From a cyanobacterium endosymbiont of Epithemia turgida isolate EtSB Lake Yunoko (GTDB lineage: Bacteria; Cyanobacteriota; Cyanobacteriia; Cyanobacteriales; Microcystaceae): DNA of 32,000 bases. The stretch is from assembly GCF_000829235.1 (NCBI RefSeq), contig NZ_AP012549.1, forward strand, positions 990,001 to 1,022,000. Direction: 5' to 3'. A program made the translations under genes and the position numbers. Below, piece after piece: positions 9,873 to 19,486 of the stretch. The first letter of the stretch is position 1, and the number at the start of each line of letters is the position of its first letter. The notes beneath the pieces are model-generated. The model saw nothing but the letters and a program-made list of their open reading frames with translations. It was not told the DNA's origin and did not search any database.

Positions 9873-9894
9873 GGGAGAAGTTGAGTTGGTCGTT
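9852..9894. repeat. Perfect 18-bp hairpin (7-nt loop) at the 5' truncation point of the NmrA-like pseudogene
   Basis: aacgaccaactcaacttc / agaggga / gaagttgagttggtcgtt. Arm 9852-9869 encodes EVELVV on the minus strand. The other arm is its inverted copy. Confidence 0.85.
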
Positions 9895-10186
9895 TATAAA
9901 ATTTTTACTAAGATTTTAACTAAAATTTAATGACTGGTCAGTTATTGAATAATATATCCCCTTATCTATACTGCTACTAATGTTTTCATCTGTCTCTACT
10001 TAAGTCGTTTGTCTGACTGGACTGATTTAATTCATATTTATCAGTCTAAATACTTAAAACCTGATAAGGTTGCCTAGTATTTTTCTTTAAGATAAAATAC
10101 AAAGATAATTGGTTATTCCTTTTTTCTAAAAAAAGAGAGCCTTTCAACAGATTAAATTAACTTTAAATGTTCTATAAAGGTTTGCT

Positions 10187-10897
10187 ATGGAATGCCAATG
10201 GACTGAGAATAACTCAACTGATGTATCTCAACTATCAGACCCCCTTGCGAAAAATCCGATTTTTTTCCAGACGCAGTTTGTTGGCTATATGGAAATGTAC
10301 AGTAATCAGCAGACAGTAACTAACTATCTCAATGCTCATCAAGAATGGTTTTGTCGTTGTGCTAAACCGATGAAAACTGAAGCTATGGGAAAAAATGGTT
10401 ATATCTTATCGGTAGGACGATTTGTTTTTTTGGGATATAAAGTGGAGCCCAAAATAGCTGTGGTTTTATTGTCATCGCAAGATGGAGTTTACCTAATGAA
10501 TACTATTCCTCTTCCTGAAAAATCTGATTTAGGTTATGAGATAGATTATAAGGCCTCTATGCAATTAGAGGAAGTTTCTGCCAAACTAGCAGGAGAGGGA
10601 ATAGGAAAAGCTTATAAAAAGCAAGGCTTATCTCAGTTACCAGACGTGATTACTAAAATTCGATGGCAATTACAGATAAATGTTGCTATCCAATTTCCTA
10701 AATTTATTCACAAGTTATCTTCAATAGTAATTCAAAAAACTGGCAATCACTTTATAAGTCAGATTATTCACCAAATTTCTCCTAATCTAACTTATAAAGT
10801 TCAAAAAGACTTTCATACTTGTCTTCATCTTCCCGTACCTCCGAAAAGTAGCCGCTACTTAAAGAAAGTTATAGTTTCTAGAGAAGACGCTATCTAA
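10187..10897 (+). CDS. Conserved cyanobacterial hypothetical protein (tentatively DUF1997-like)
   Basis: 236-aa intact ORF with higher GC than its flanks. The pattern F..QF.G.M..Y....V..YL..H..W...C..PMK.E..G.NGY.L..GRF.F.GY.VEPKI..VL recalls DUF1997-type proteins. The family assignment is from memory only. Confidence 0.55.
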   Translation: MECQWTENNSTDVSQLSDPLAKNPIFFQTQFVGYMEMYSNQQTVTNYLNAHQEWFCRCAKPMKTEAMGKNGYILSVGRFVFLGYKVEPKIAVVLLSSQDGVYLMNTIPLPEKSDLGYEIDYKASMQLEEVSAKLAGEGIGKAYKKQGLSQLPDVITKIRWQLQINVAIQFPKFIHKLSSIVIQKTGNHFISQIIHQISPNLTYKVQKDFHTCLHLPVPPKSSRYLKKVIVSREDAI

Positions 10898-11645
10898 AAT
10901 AAGGATTTAAAGACTCAAAGGAAATCTGGTACAAGCCTAGCCCTATTTTTGTCTAACTAATTAGTGCGATAGTGAGACTAATTAGTCGAGCTCGAATGAG
11001 CGTAAAACAGAACAGAAAAGTGACAATTTCTAGATACCAGGCTGCCTAAAAATTTAGCTTTTAGGTATTTCTTTCTAAGAAAGAGGAGGACTGTAAAATT
11101 ATTTGAGGTGTGAAAGAAAAAGAAGAAAGTAATTATATGATTTGAATAACAAGAAAAACAATTAAACATAATAGTAATGTGCAAACTGAATAGAAATTTT
11201 AGTGATATTTAATCAAAACCTAGACTGAAAAGTAAAAATTTTGCGGAAATTATGAATAAAAAGATATATGAAGCTGACAAATGCTGTTAAGACAAAAGAA
11301 TAGAGATGGTAATTATTCTTGATGATGACTTACTGCATGTAAGTAGTTTAGTTCAGGTTAAACTGAAATAATCAGAAGAATAATAGTTATATATATTTTT
11401 ATACAAATTTATAGTTAAGAACTCAATCCAATGGAAAGGGAATAACATCAAATAAAACCTTATTAAATTAGAAATTATAAAATGATCACAAGTATTTTTG
11501 AATATAAATATATCCTAGCTAAAATAGTTAAATAAAGTTTTTATAAAAATAGTTTTATTAAAAATAACATTTTAAGTAATTTATTCTTTAAACATAGTTA
11601 ACTAACTTAGTTATTAACAATTGCCAAAACTTGATTTTTTTCCTT

Positions 11646-11700
11646 ATAAACATAGTTAAGTATATAGTCTATTTTAGACTATATACTTAACTATGTTTAT
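11646..11700. repeat. Perfect 26-bp hairpin (3-nt loop), the longest palindrome in the window
   Basis: ataaacatagttaagtatatagtcta / ttt / tagactatatacttaactatgtttat. The 13-mer taaacatagttaa also occurs as a direct copy at 11589-11601. Confidence 0.9.
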
Positions 11701-11959
11701 TTATATTTATCTTACTTACTCGAGTTTTAAGAATTGTAAATAAATTAGCCCAATACTATGTTTTTGAACAATTTTTTTAATATCTGAGTTAATCTAATTT
11801 TTCAGAATAGTTACGGTTAAAAACGAGGATTTAGGAGTCTAATATCTGCTATTTCTCTACAAAATCCTTTAAATTATCTCAACACTTCTTGATTTATCAA
11901 TCAAACTACCTTTAATCTATATATTCTGGCAATAGAATATTTTATTGATTTTTTTATCA

Positions 11960-13460
11960 TAATCTTGATCTAATTATAAATTATGACTATCTCCATCGAG
12001 ATAATCACTAACCTTGATTTTGTCCAAAATTATAATAATTTTATTCTACCTATATTATCTTAAATAGATAGTATTAAATAGATGAGGTGATAAACTTTAT
12101 AAAAATATAAAAAGAGATTATAAATGACCAGAATTTATCCTAATGATTGATTATGTTAAGACTATTTTTTGGCTTTACTAAGTCAAGTTTTTATAAAAGT
12201 TTACCCACTAACCACTTGATTGTCTCTAAGGTTGTCTAATTCTCTTAGTCGACAAATTATACTTATAGATTATTTAAAGTATCGATTTGCTCAAATTACT
12301 GAAAAATTAGCCATCTATCGAGGAACAGTCAAGAGTAGTTCAATCAATACTGTGGTAGTCAAACAGGAAATTTTACCTCGTACCGTAATTTTTATTAACA
12401 ATGGTCAGGTGAAAGTCTATTTTTAGGTAGGACTTTCAGCCCGAGAAAGAATAACTTCAAGTCGTTACGCTCTCCAAATCTTATGTCAATATATCCCAGA
12501 TATGGTTGAGCACGCCTTTAAATATGGGGTTATTTATCCTTTAAATCTGTAAAATAGCCTTAAAATTACCTAAACAAGACAGAAAATACCAACTAGTTAC
12601 GTTAACAATTCATAAACAAAAGATTAATAACTTTTGTGGATAATTGAGCTGTTTTACTAGGAATTAGGAGAATTAATCTCCGTTTCCTATAATAAGGATG
12701 TAATTCCTTTTCAATCATCAAAATTATGGCATTATTTATGGGTGATAGTTATCATCATGGTAGATCAACTCTACTCAGAACAGTAGAATCAAAAGTTTAT
12801 AACCATATTCCAGGGGATAGACTATTATTTATAGTCACAAATCCAGAAGTAGTTAAAATTAGTCCTAAAAATAGAAGAAGTATTGTGGGAGTTAATATTT
12901 CTCCTTTTATTAATTGATTATCCTAAAACAGTTCCACCGAAAATTTTTTAACAACTACTGCTAGTGAAAGTAGCTCCCAAGTTGCCAATATTATTGAAGC
13001 CTTTGAAGCGGGGCTAGAGTATTATTAGTGAATGAATATACAGCCACAACCAATTTTATAATCTGTGACCTGTCGAATGCAACAATTAATTGCTAAAGAT
13101 AAAGAACTAAATTACCCTTTATTTATAAAGTTCGACAATTATATATAGATTATTGGGTATCTATAATCTTAGTAATGAGAGGTATTAAAAATCATTTTTA
13201 TGTAGCTTATAAGGTAATTATTATGGAATTTTTTAGTAATTTAAATATTACTAACTGAGCTATAACAATAGCTTAATAATTCATAAATATTCGTCCGACA
13301 GAGGGACATATAAGTTTTATCAGATCATTCCCAAAATTCTTTTATCATAAAGTGTTGATCCTAGTAGAGAAAACCAAGCATTTACAGTTAAAGTTCGAGA
13401 TGTAGATCAGAAAGCTTTTAGGATAGAAAATATTGATTTAAAGACAGTAAAACCTTGCCG
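11960..13460 (+). pseudogene. ABC-class ATPase (COG3044 / ABC_ATPase family) pseudogene
   Basis: The fragments are GDSYHHGRSTLLRTVESKVYNHIPGDRLLFIVTNPEVVKISPKNRRSIVGVNISPFIN (cf. GGG.HGKSTLL.A.E.GVYNHIPGDGRE.VVT.P.AVKIRAEDGR.V.GV.ISPFIN), TTASESSSQVANIIEAFEAG, TATTNFIICD..RMQQLIAKDKE and VSIILVMRG. An upstream piece is VKVYF*VGLSAREKKITSSRYALQIL. They are spread over several frames with many stops. Both boundaries are approximate. Confidence 0.65.
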
Positions 13461-13633
13461 TTAATTTCAGATAAAATAATAGCTTGTGCGTAACGGGATA
13501 GTGGAAGTTAAAGTTATTAATTTTAAAAAGCTATTAAATATTAAAATGTACTTTTATCTTTCCTTCTAATCCTCTGATTTTAAAGCAGGATAAATTCAAT
13601 TCCTATTGTTAAATGCATTGAATTAAAGTCTTA

Positions 13634-14449
13634 CTAGAGAGAAGTTGTGCCTGTTCCTTTAAACATAAACCAAGAGAGGAAAAAATTAACAACAAATACA
13701 GCTAATAAAGCTGTTACAACTGCTGTCGTCGTGGACTGTCCTACCCCCTTAGCTCCCCCCGTAGTAGTCAAACCCCAACTACAACCAATCACCGCAATTA
13801 AACCCCCAAAAACAATTGATTTAATAATCGAAGTCAATAAATCCCAAAGCTCAAGAAAATTACGGGCAGATTTTAAAAAAACTACTGGAGAGATATCGTA
13901 TAAACTATCAGCAATTAATAACCCCCCGGCCATCCCAGTCATCAAGGAAAGAAGATTTAAAACTGGCAACATCATACAACAGGCTAAGACACGAGGAACC
14001 ACTAAGTAATCGATAGGGTCAGTTTTCAGCATATAAAGAGCATCAATTTGCTCCGTTACGCGCATTGTTCCGATTTCGGCTGCAAAAGCTGATCCCACCC
14101 GTCCTGCCACCACCACAGCTGTGAGAACGGGAGCTAATTCTCTTGTTAACGCTAAGGATAAAACGCCGCCAACGGTACTGGCTGCGCCAAAATGAATAAA
14201 TTCCCTAGCTACTTGAATTGTAAATACCATTCCTACAAATCCTGCCGTCACTAAAGCAATTGTTAGGGACTCAGGTCCAACCACACTCATTTGTTCAAGG
14301 GTGTTGCGTCGGTGGATTCTGCTTTTCAGCAAGTGAAAAAATACTTGTCCTCCTAAGAAGATGGCTGCTAGTAACCGCTCAAACCATACAGCAAAACCGC
14401 GACGGGTACTTGTCTGGTTAGTCATTGACTTCCTATCCTGTGAATTCAT
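13634..14449 (-). CDS. mlaE: MlaE/TGD1-family ABC transporter permease (lipid transport)
   Basis: Multi-TM protein with MlaE-typical blocks: QM..VGP.SL.IALVTAGFVGMVFTIQ, ELAPVLTAVVVAGRVGSAFAAEIGTMRVTEQIDAL and DP..YLV.PRVLA. The ORF track begins at a TTG (14470). I prefer the ATG at 14449, and the ATG at 14425 is also possible. Confidence 0.85.
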   Translation of the reverse strand: MNSQDRKSMTNQTSTRRGFAVWFERLLAAIFLGGQVFFHLLKSRIHRRNTLEQMSVVGPESLTIALVTAGFVGMVFTIQVAREFIHFGAASTVGGVLSLALTRELAPVLTAVVVAGRVGSAFAAEIGTMRVTEQIDALYMLKTDPIDYLVVPRVLACCMMLPVLNLLSLMTGMAGGLLIADSLYDISPVVFLKSARNFLELWDLLTSIIKSIVFGGLIAVIGCSWGLTTTGGAKGVGQSTTTAVVTALLAVFVVNFFLSWFMFKGTGTTSL

Positions 14450-16679
14450 GTCTCTTTCATTATCAACCAATGATTCCCAATTCCCCTAGGTTTCATTTTT
14501 CACAAACAAGAGTAAATCGTAGTAAATAGCCACTAGTTCTTGTCAAAAACCTACTATACCCTAAGATTTTGGGAAAATTTTTATGCCACAACTTAGGTAA
14601 TCTAACCGGTATAATTGACGGACTAAGTATCTTTCCTTTGTTGAATAGTATCAACTGCAATTGAGCGCACCAAACTATAAATACAGTTGGAAAGATCGAT
14701 AATATCTTCAAAGGAGATTTTTGCCTGTTCAGAGGTATTTACTAAATTTATGACCTGTTGAATTTCTTCTTAATATTGCTATCATAATTAAATTTATTTG
14801 ACTTTGGATTTGCAATATAATTTGTTCAATATTTTTTATAAATTTGGTTTAATACTCAAATAACTGACAGTATAGTCATAGAATATTAGAATTATCTTCA
14901 TAGGTTTTAGCTTCAGCTATAGGCCGAATAATCGTAGTTACTTCTTGATAAGTTCTCTGTTTATAAGTAAAATTATCGTCATTTGGTAGTCTACAATAAC
15001 TCCTTTGTTATACTATTGCCTCTCTTGTCACAACTTGGTTATGATAATTATTTTTAATATCTGTGGTGTCTTTTATCCTATCACAAATTTTTTTAGGTAA
15101 CTCATCGAGCTGAATATAAAATCGTAATATAACCTAATCAAATTAAAACTTCTTTAGAACTATCCTCTTCATTGTTTAATACTCACTCACCTGGACATAA
15201 GGAGAAATATGATTCAATAACATTTGTTAGAAGTGTAATTTTTTTGACATTAAGTTATTTCATATCTCCAAATACTTTTATCAATAGCTAATCCTAAAAT
15301 ATATTTTTTAAAATGACAATGAAAATAATTTCAGGAAAGTTCGTTTTCAGCATAATGCAATCACCTAAAATTTTTCCTAAATCAACAACCTAAATTATCT
15401 GATTCCATAAATTAATAACTTTTAGTAATACCATAAAAACAGTATAAATAAACGTAGTATAATTAGAAATATATTGGGTGACTTCTTTAGCGAAAGTGAG
15501 TATATTTTTTCTAAAAATTGTAAAAACCAAATTTAAGAGGAGATTTTTTATATTTAACTCTTCCTAATTAATAATTGTCAAATATCTTGATCTTTCGTAA
15601 TCTTTGTTGTGAGTTTATTTTCTGAAAAATTGGCATTTAATAAATAAGGTTAAATATTTATTTGCTGGAATAGATAAAGTGATTGCTATCTAATATTTTA
15701 GGCTAAATTAAAAGAACTTTGTTATTACTAAGTCCTTAAACAATGAGGAAAATAACATTAGTATCAACTTCCATAGGTAAGTCTCTTTATATTTGATGCT
15801 AATTATCAATTAACTCTTCAGCCTTTATTCTGTCTAACTTAAGAAAAATTAATAAATTACAAAAAAAGTAAGCTAAACTCATCTTATATTTCCTGAATAT
15901 GAATTTATTAATTACACACAATTACTTTAGTATTTATTGTTAAAGTTAAATATACTAATGAGTTGTTTGTAATAAAATAAATAGATTTATACTTACTTAA
16001 TTTTAGCCTTAATTATTCTAGAAAAATAAAATATAAAATTGAATGATATTTTCTTAATTTTTTTTCATCTCTAAACTTTTAATTAATTGGTACTCTATCA
16101 TTTTTATTTATACTTATTAAGTGTTGCCCATTCGTAACACAAAATATAATTTATGGTCATGATATAAATAATTAAATATTTTGGATAAACAATTACAGAT
16201 TTAATATTTGGATTAAGCGGTCAAATACCAAATTAAATATAAATAAAAAACTCAATTAAAGTAGAGCAAGATGACTGAAATAAAGCTTCAGTCGAAGTTA
16301 TTCAATTTGCTAGCCACTTAAGTTTTTATCAAGAACTGTTGTAACCAACTAAAACAAACTAAATAGGTTAATCTGTCAATATAAAGAGATGACCAATATG
16401 GCTAAATTTTTATTAATACCGTCACCACCGAACTTATCATTTAAAAATGATACTGTAAGTGTAAAAATAAAATAGGGAAGAGATTTTAACTTCCTAGGTT
16501 TTCGAGTAAGCCTAATCGTTATTATACTTACCTCTTTTATTTATTTCAGAAAACATTTTAGCGGGAAATAACACTTTATCAGTAATATCTACATTAATTT
16601 ACAAATTTTTTTTAAAAAAAAATTATTAGTTATTGATACTCATTTAATTTTCTTGAGCTTAAGTTTTGCTCTAATTCCT

Positions 16680-16841
16680 TTAAAATAAAGTATAAATAAA
16701 AGGGGCAATAACTGATCCTTGTGTCAATACAATTAAAGTGCCTAATAACACTAATGTAATAACTAACGGAGCTAACCAATACTTTTTACGCTCATTAAAA
16801 AATACCCATAGATCTTTGATTAAATCAATAAATCCTTCCAT
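16680..16841 (-). CDS. DUF5989 / SxtK-like small membrane protein (53 aa), absent from the supplied ORF track
   Basis: Hand translation gives MEGFIDLIKDLWVFFNERKKYWLAPLVITLVLLGTLIVLTQGSVIAPFIYTLF*. The RKKYWL.P...LLG.L.V...GS..APFIYTLF C-terminus is the family hallmark. Its ATG shares one base with the upstream TAA (TAATG at 16839-16843). Confidence 0.75.
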   Translation of the reverse strand: MEGFIDLIKDLWVFFNERKKYWLAPLVITLVLLGTLIVLTQGSVIAPFIYTLF

Positions 16842-17245
16842 TAATATGGTTTCTCCATGCTAATTTTTTCTTTAATAAAACTTGAAATACGATAAGTTTC
16901 TAGACTAGGATTAATTTTTTTCATTTGATCTCGATTAAATAACCGCATAATAAATGCCATGGGAGTGACAACAAAAAAGAAGATTAGACCCAAGATAATT
17001 CTTGTATTAATCCAAGCAAGTACCTGCGCGACTTTCATCCAATTGTTATAAATTGGACCGAGAGACTGGGGAATAAAAGTTGCTAACCCATACATTACTC
17101 CGGTAATAAACCAGGGAGTTAATGGCAACTTATGCCCTCTAATTAAAGGCATAAATAACCCAAACAATCCAGAAATAATTGTTCCGGTTAATAGCCCAAA
17201 ATTTCGTAATTCTTTTCTATTTAACTTAGGAATTTCATGATACAT
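16841..17245 (-). CDS. SxtJ-family membrane protein
   Basis: 134 aa with a K.ELRNFGLLTG...FGL..P N-terminus, 3-4 TM helices and a WINTRIILGLIFFFVVTPMAFIMRL block. It sits between a carbamoyltransferase and a DUF5989 ORF, the typical arrangement. Confidence 0.75.
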   Translation of the reverse strand: MYHEIPKLNRKELRNFGLLTGTIISGLFGLFMPLIRGHKLPLTPWFITGVMYGLATFIPQSLGPIYNNWMKVAQVLAWINTRIILGLIFFFVVTPMAFIMRLFNRDQMKKINPSLETYRISSFIKEKISMEKPY

Positions 17246-17290
17246 ATCTTTAATATTTAATTCAATAAATAATAAAAAATATTTTTTCTA

Positions 17291-19141
17291 TTAATCTAGT
17301 TCAAATTTATCTTGCCACTCATTATTTTTCTGCCATTGTAGTTGTTCTGATTTAGCTAGTAAATAATTTTCAATCACTAAATAGTCCATCTCAGTACGCA
17401 TAAAACAACGATAAGCATCTTCAGGGGTACAAACAATTGGTTCTCCTCTAACGTTGAAGGAAGTATTAACCAATACTCCACATCCTGTTAATGTTTCAAA
17501 CTCTTTAATTAATTGATAGTAACGAGGATTAGTTTCAGAATGAACAGTTTGTATTCTTGCCGAATAATCAACGTGGGTAATAGCAGGAATTTGTGAGTGA
17601 GGAATTTTTATTTTTTTTATGCCAAAAATTTTTTTTTGTTCATCCATCATTGATATATGTAAATCTTCTTTTACAGAAGCAACTAATAACATATAAGGAC
17701 TTGGTTGATCTAATTCAAAGTAATCAGAAACTCGTTCAGCCAAGACCGAAGGTGCAAAGGGACGAAATGACTCTCGATATTTAATTTTTAAGTTCATTAT
17801 TGACTGCATTTTCTCGTTACGAGGATCACCAATAATTGAACGATTACCTAAAGCACGAGGACCAAATTCCATGCGTCCTTGAAACCATCCAACCACATTG
17901 CCTTGAGCAATAATTTTAGCTACTTTTGAAAATAATTTATCGTTATCTAGACGAATATATTGAGCGCCAATATCATAAAAATATCTACCAATTTCTTCAT
18001 CATGAAATTGAGGACCTAAATAAGTTCCTTGCATTCGATCTAACTCAATTTTTGAATCACTTATATTCCGGGGATTTTCTAAATATTGATACCAAATTGC
18101 TAGAGCTGATCCAATTGCCCCTCCTGCATCCCCTGCGGCAGGTTGAATCCAAATATCTTTAAATTTACCTTCCCGCAAAATACGTCCATTAGCGACGCAA
18201 TTTAAAGCAACACCCCCGGCTAAACAAAGGTTATCTACTTCTAATTCTTTGTAAACTGTATTGGTTAATTTTAAGACAATTTCTTCAGTCACTCTTTGGA
18301 CTGAAGCTGCAATGTCCATTTCTCTTTGAGATAGCTTACTTTCAGGTTTACGGCGAGGGGCACCAAAAAGTTGGTCAAACTTCCTATTAGTCATTGTTAA
18401 CCCCGTTGCGTAATTGAAGTATTTCATGTTCAGGCGGAATGTGCCATCTTTCTTAAGATCAATTAAATTTTCTAAAATAATATCAACATATTTGGGTTCA
18501 CCGTAGGGGGCTAATCCCATTAGCTTGTATTCTCCAGAGTTAACTTTAAAACCAATATAGTAAGTAAAAGCAGAATAAAGTAGTCCTAAAGAATGAGGAA
18601 AATTGATTTCCCATTGAGGTGTTAATACATTATTTTTTCCTAGCCATAAAGATGTTGTCGCCCATTCTCCCACTGCATCTAGACACAATACCGCAGCGTC
18701 ATTAAAAGGACTGGGGAAAAAAGCAGAGGCTGCATGAGATTGATGATGTTCTGTAAACAATAATGGTGGAAGTTCAGAAGATTGACAATTAGCAAGCTTA
18801 GCTAATTCTCTTTTGAGGATGGTCTTGAGATAAAGTTTTTCTTGTAACCAAGCTGACATCGCCACGACAAAAGAACGAAATCCTTGAGGTGCGTACGCTA
18901 AATAAGTTTCCAACAGACGTTCAAAAGTAACGATTGGTTTCTCATAAAAAACAATATAATCTAACTTTTTTAGAGAAACTTTTGCTTCTGCGAGTATATA
19001 GAGAATAGAATTTTTAGGAAACTTTGCATCATGTTTCTTACGAGTGAAGCGTTCTTCTTGGACTGCAGCTATAATAGTTCCTTCTTCAACCAAAGCTGCT
19101 GCACTGTCATGATAGTAGGCTGAAATCCCTAAAATTCTCAT
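17291..19141 (-). CDS. Carbamoyltransferase (NodU/CmcH/SxtI family, COG2192)
   Basis: 616 aa with the canonical N-terminus MRILGISAYYHDSAAALV. Further family blocks are EERFTRKKHD, LCLAGGVALNCVANG, FGPRALGNRSI.GDPR, RESFRPFAPSV, HVDYSARIQTV and VLVNTSFNVRGEPIV. Confidence 0.92.
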   Translation of the reverse strand: MRILGISAYYHDSAAALVEEGTIIAAVQEERFTRKKHDAKFPKNSILYILAEAKVSLKKLDYIVFYEKPIVTFERLLETYLAYAPQGFRSFVVAMSAWLQEKLYLKTILKRELAKLANCQSSELPPLLFTEHHQSHAASAFFPSPFNDAAVLCLDAVGEWATTSLWLGKNNVLTPQWEINFPHSLGLLYSAFTYYIGFKVNSGEYKLMGLAPYGEPKYVDIILENLIDLKKDGTFRLNMKYFNYATGLTMTNRKFDQLFGAPRRKPESKLSQREMDIAASVQRVTEEIVLKLTNTVYKELEVDNLCLAGGVALNCVANGRILREGKFKDIWIQPAAGDAGGAIGSALAIWYQYLENPRNISDSKIELDRMQGTYLGPQFHDEEIGRYFYDIGAQYIRLDNDKLFSKVAKIIAQGNVVGWFQGRMEFGPRALGNRSIIGDPRNEKMQSIMNLKIKYRESFRPFAPSVLAERVSDYFELDQPSPYMLLVASVKEDLHISMMDEQKKIFGIKKIKIPHSQIPAITHVDYSARIQTVHSETNPRYYQLIKEFETLTGCGVLVNTSFNVRGEPIVCTPEDAYRCFMRTEMDYLVIENYLLAKSEQLQWQKNNEWQDKFELD

Positions 19142-19433
19142 TTTCCTGTGATCTTCCCCTTTGTTACACCATCGACTATGGAAACCCTAAGTACTTTACA
19201 AGTCAAGGTATAAGATATCATAATACAGAATTTCTCGGACTCATGAGCTACACATTAACTCTATTTTCTCTTTCGGCATTTCTTGTTCGATCACACCCAA
19301 AACTATGCTAATATCTAAGATTCTATGTGTTAATGAGTAAAAATAAAGTAATACAGAATATAATTGTTGAATATCTGCAATTTTTTCAAGACATACTCAG
19401 TGACTTTATTACAAAAATATATGTGACCAATTG

Positions 19434-19486
19434 AATAATTATTTTCTATGTGAAGAACAATAGCTCTCACATAGAAAATAATTATT
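19434..19486. repeat. Perfect 20-bp hairpin (13-nt loop), ~290 nt upstream of the carbamoyltransferase start
   Basis: aataattattttctatgtga / agaacaatagctc / tcacatagaaaataattatt. Confidence 0.85.

Noticed and set aside
12635-12643. Perfect DnaA box (tgtggataa = TTATCCACA on the complementary strand), with an 8/9 match near 7713; considered a possible oriC
   Set aside because: There is only one perfect box, it lies inside a pseudogene, there is no cluster, and dnaA/dnaN are not adjacent. About 0.4 occurrences are expected by chance at this composition.
14700-15130. Methyl-accepting chemotaxis protein-like remnant on the minus strand
   Set aside because: There is only a vague heptad-like resemblance (..LVRSIAVDTIQQ..; IAEAKT..). 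The spacing is inconsistent with an MCP signalling domain, so it is too weak to annotate.
16606-16622. T8A9 palindromic homopolymer downstream of the DUF5989 ORF, considered as a terminator
   Set aside because: It is pure A/T low-complexity sequence. An all-A:U stem is unlikely to be a stable terminator hairpin.
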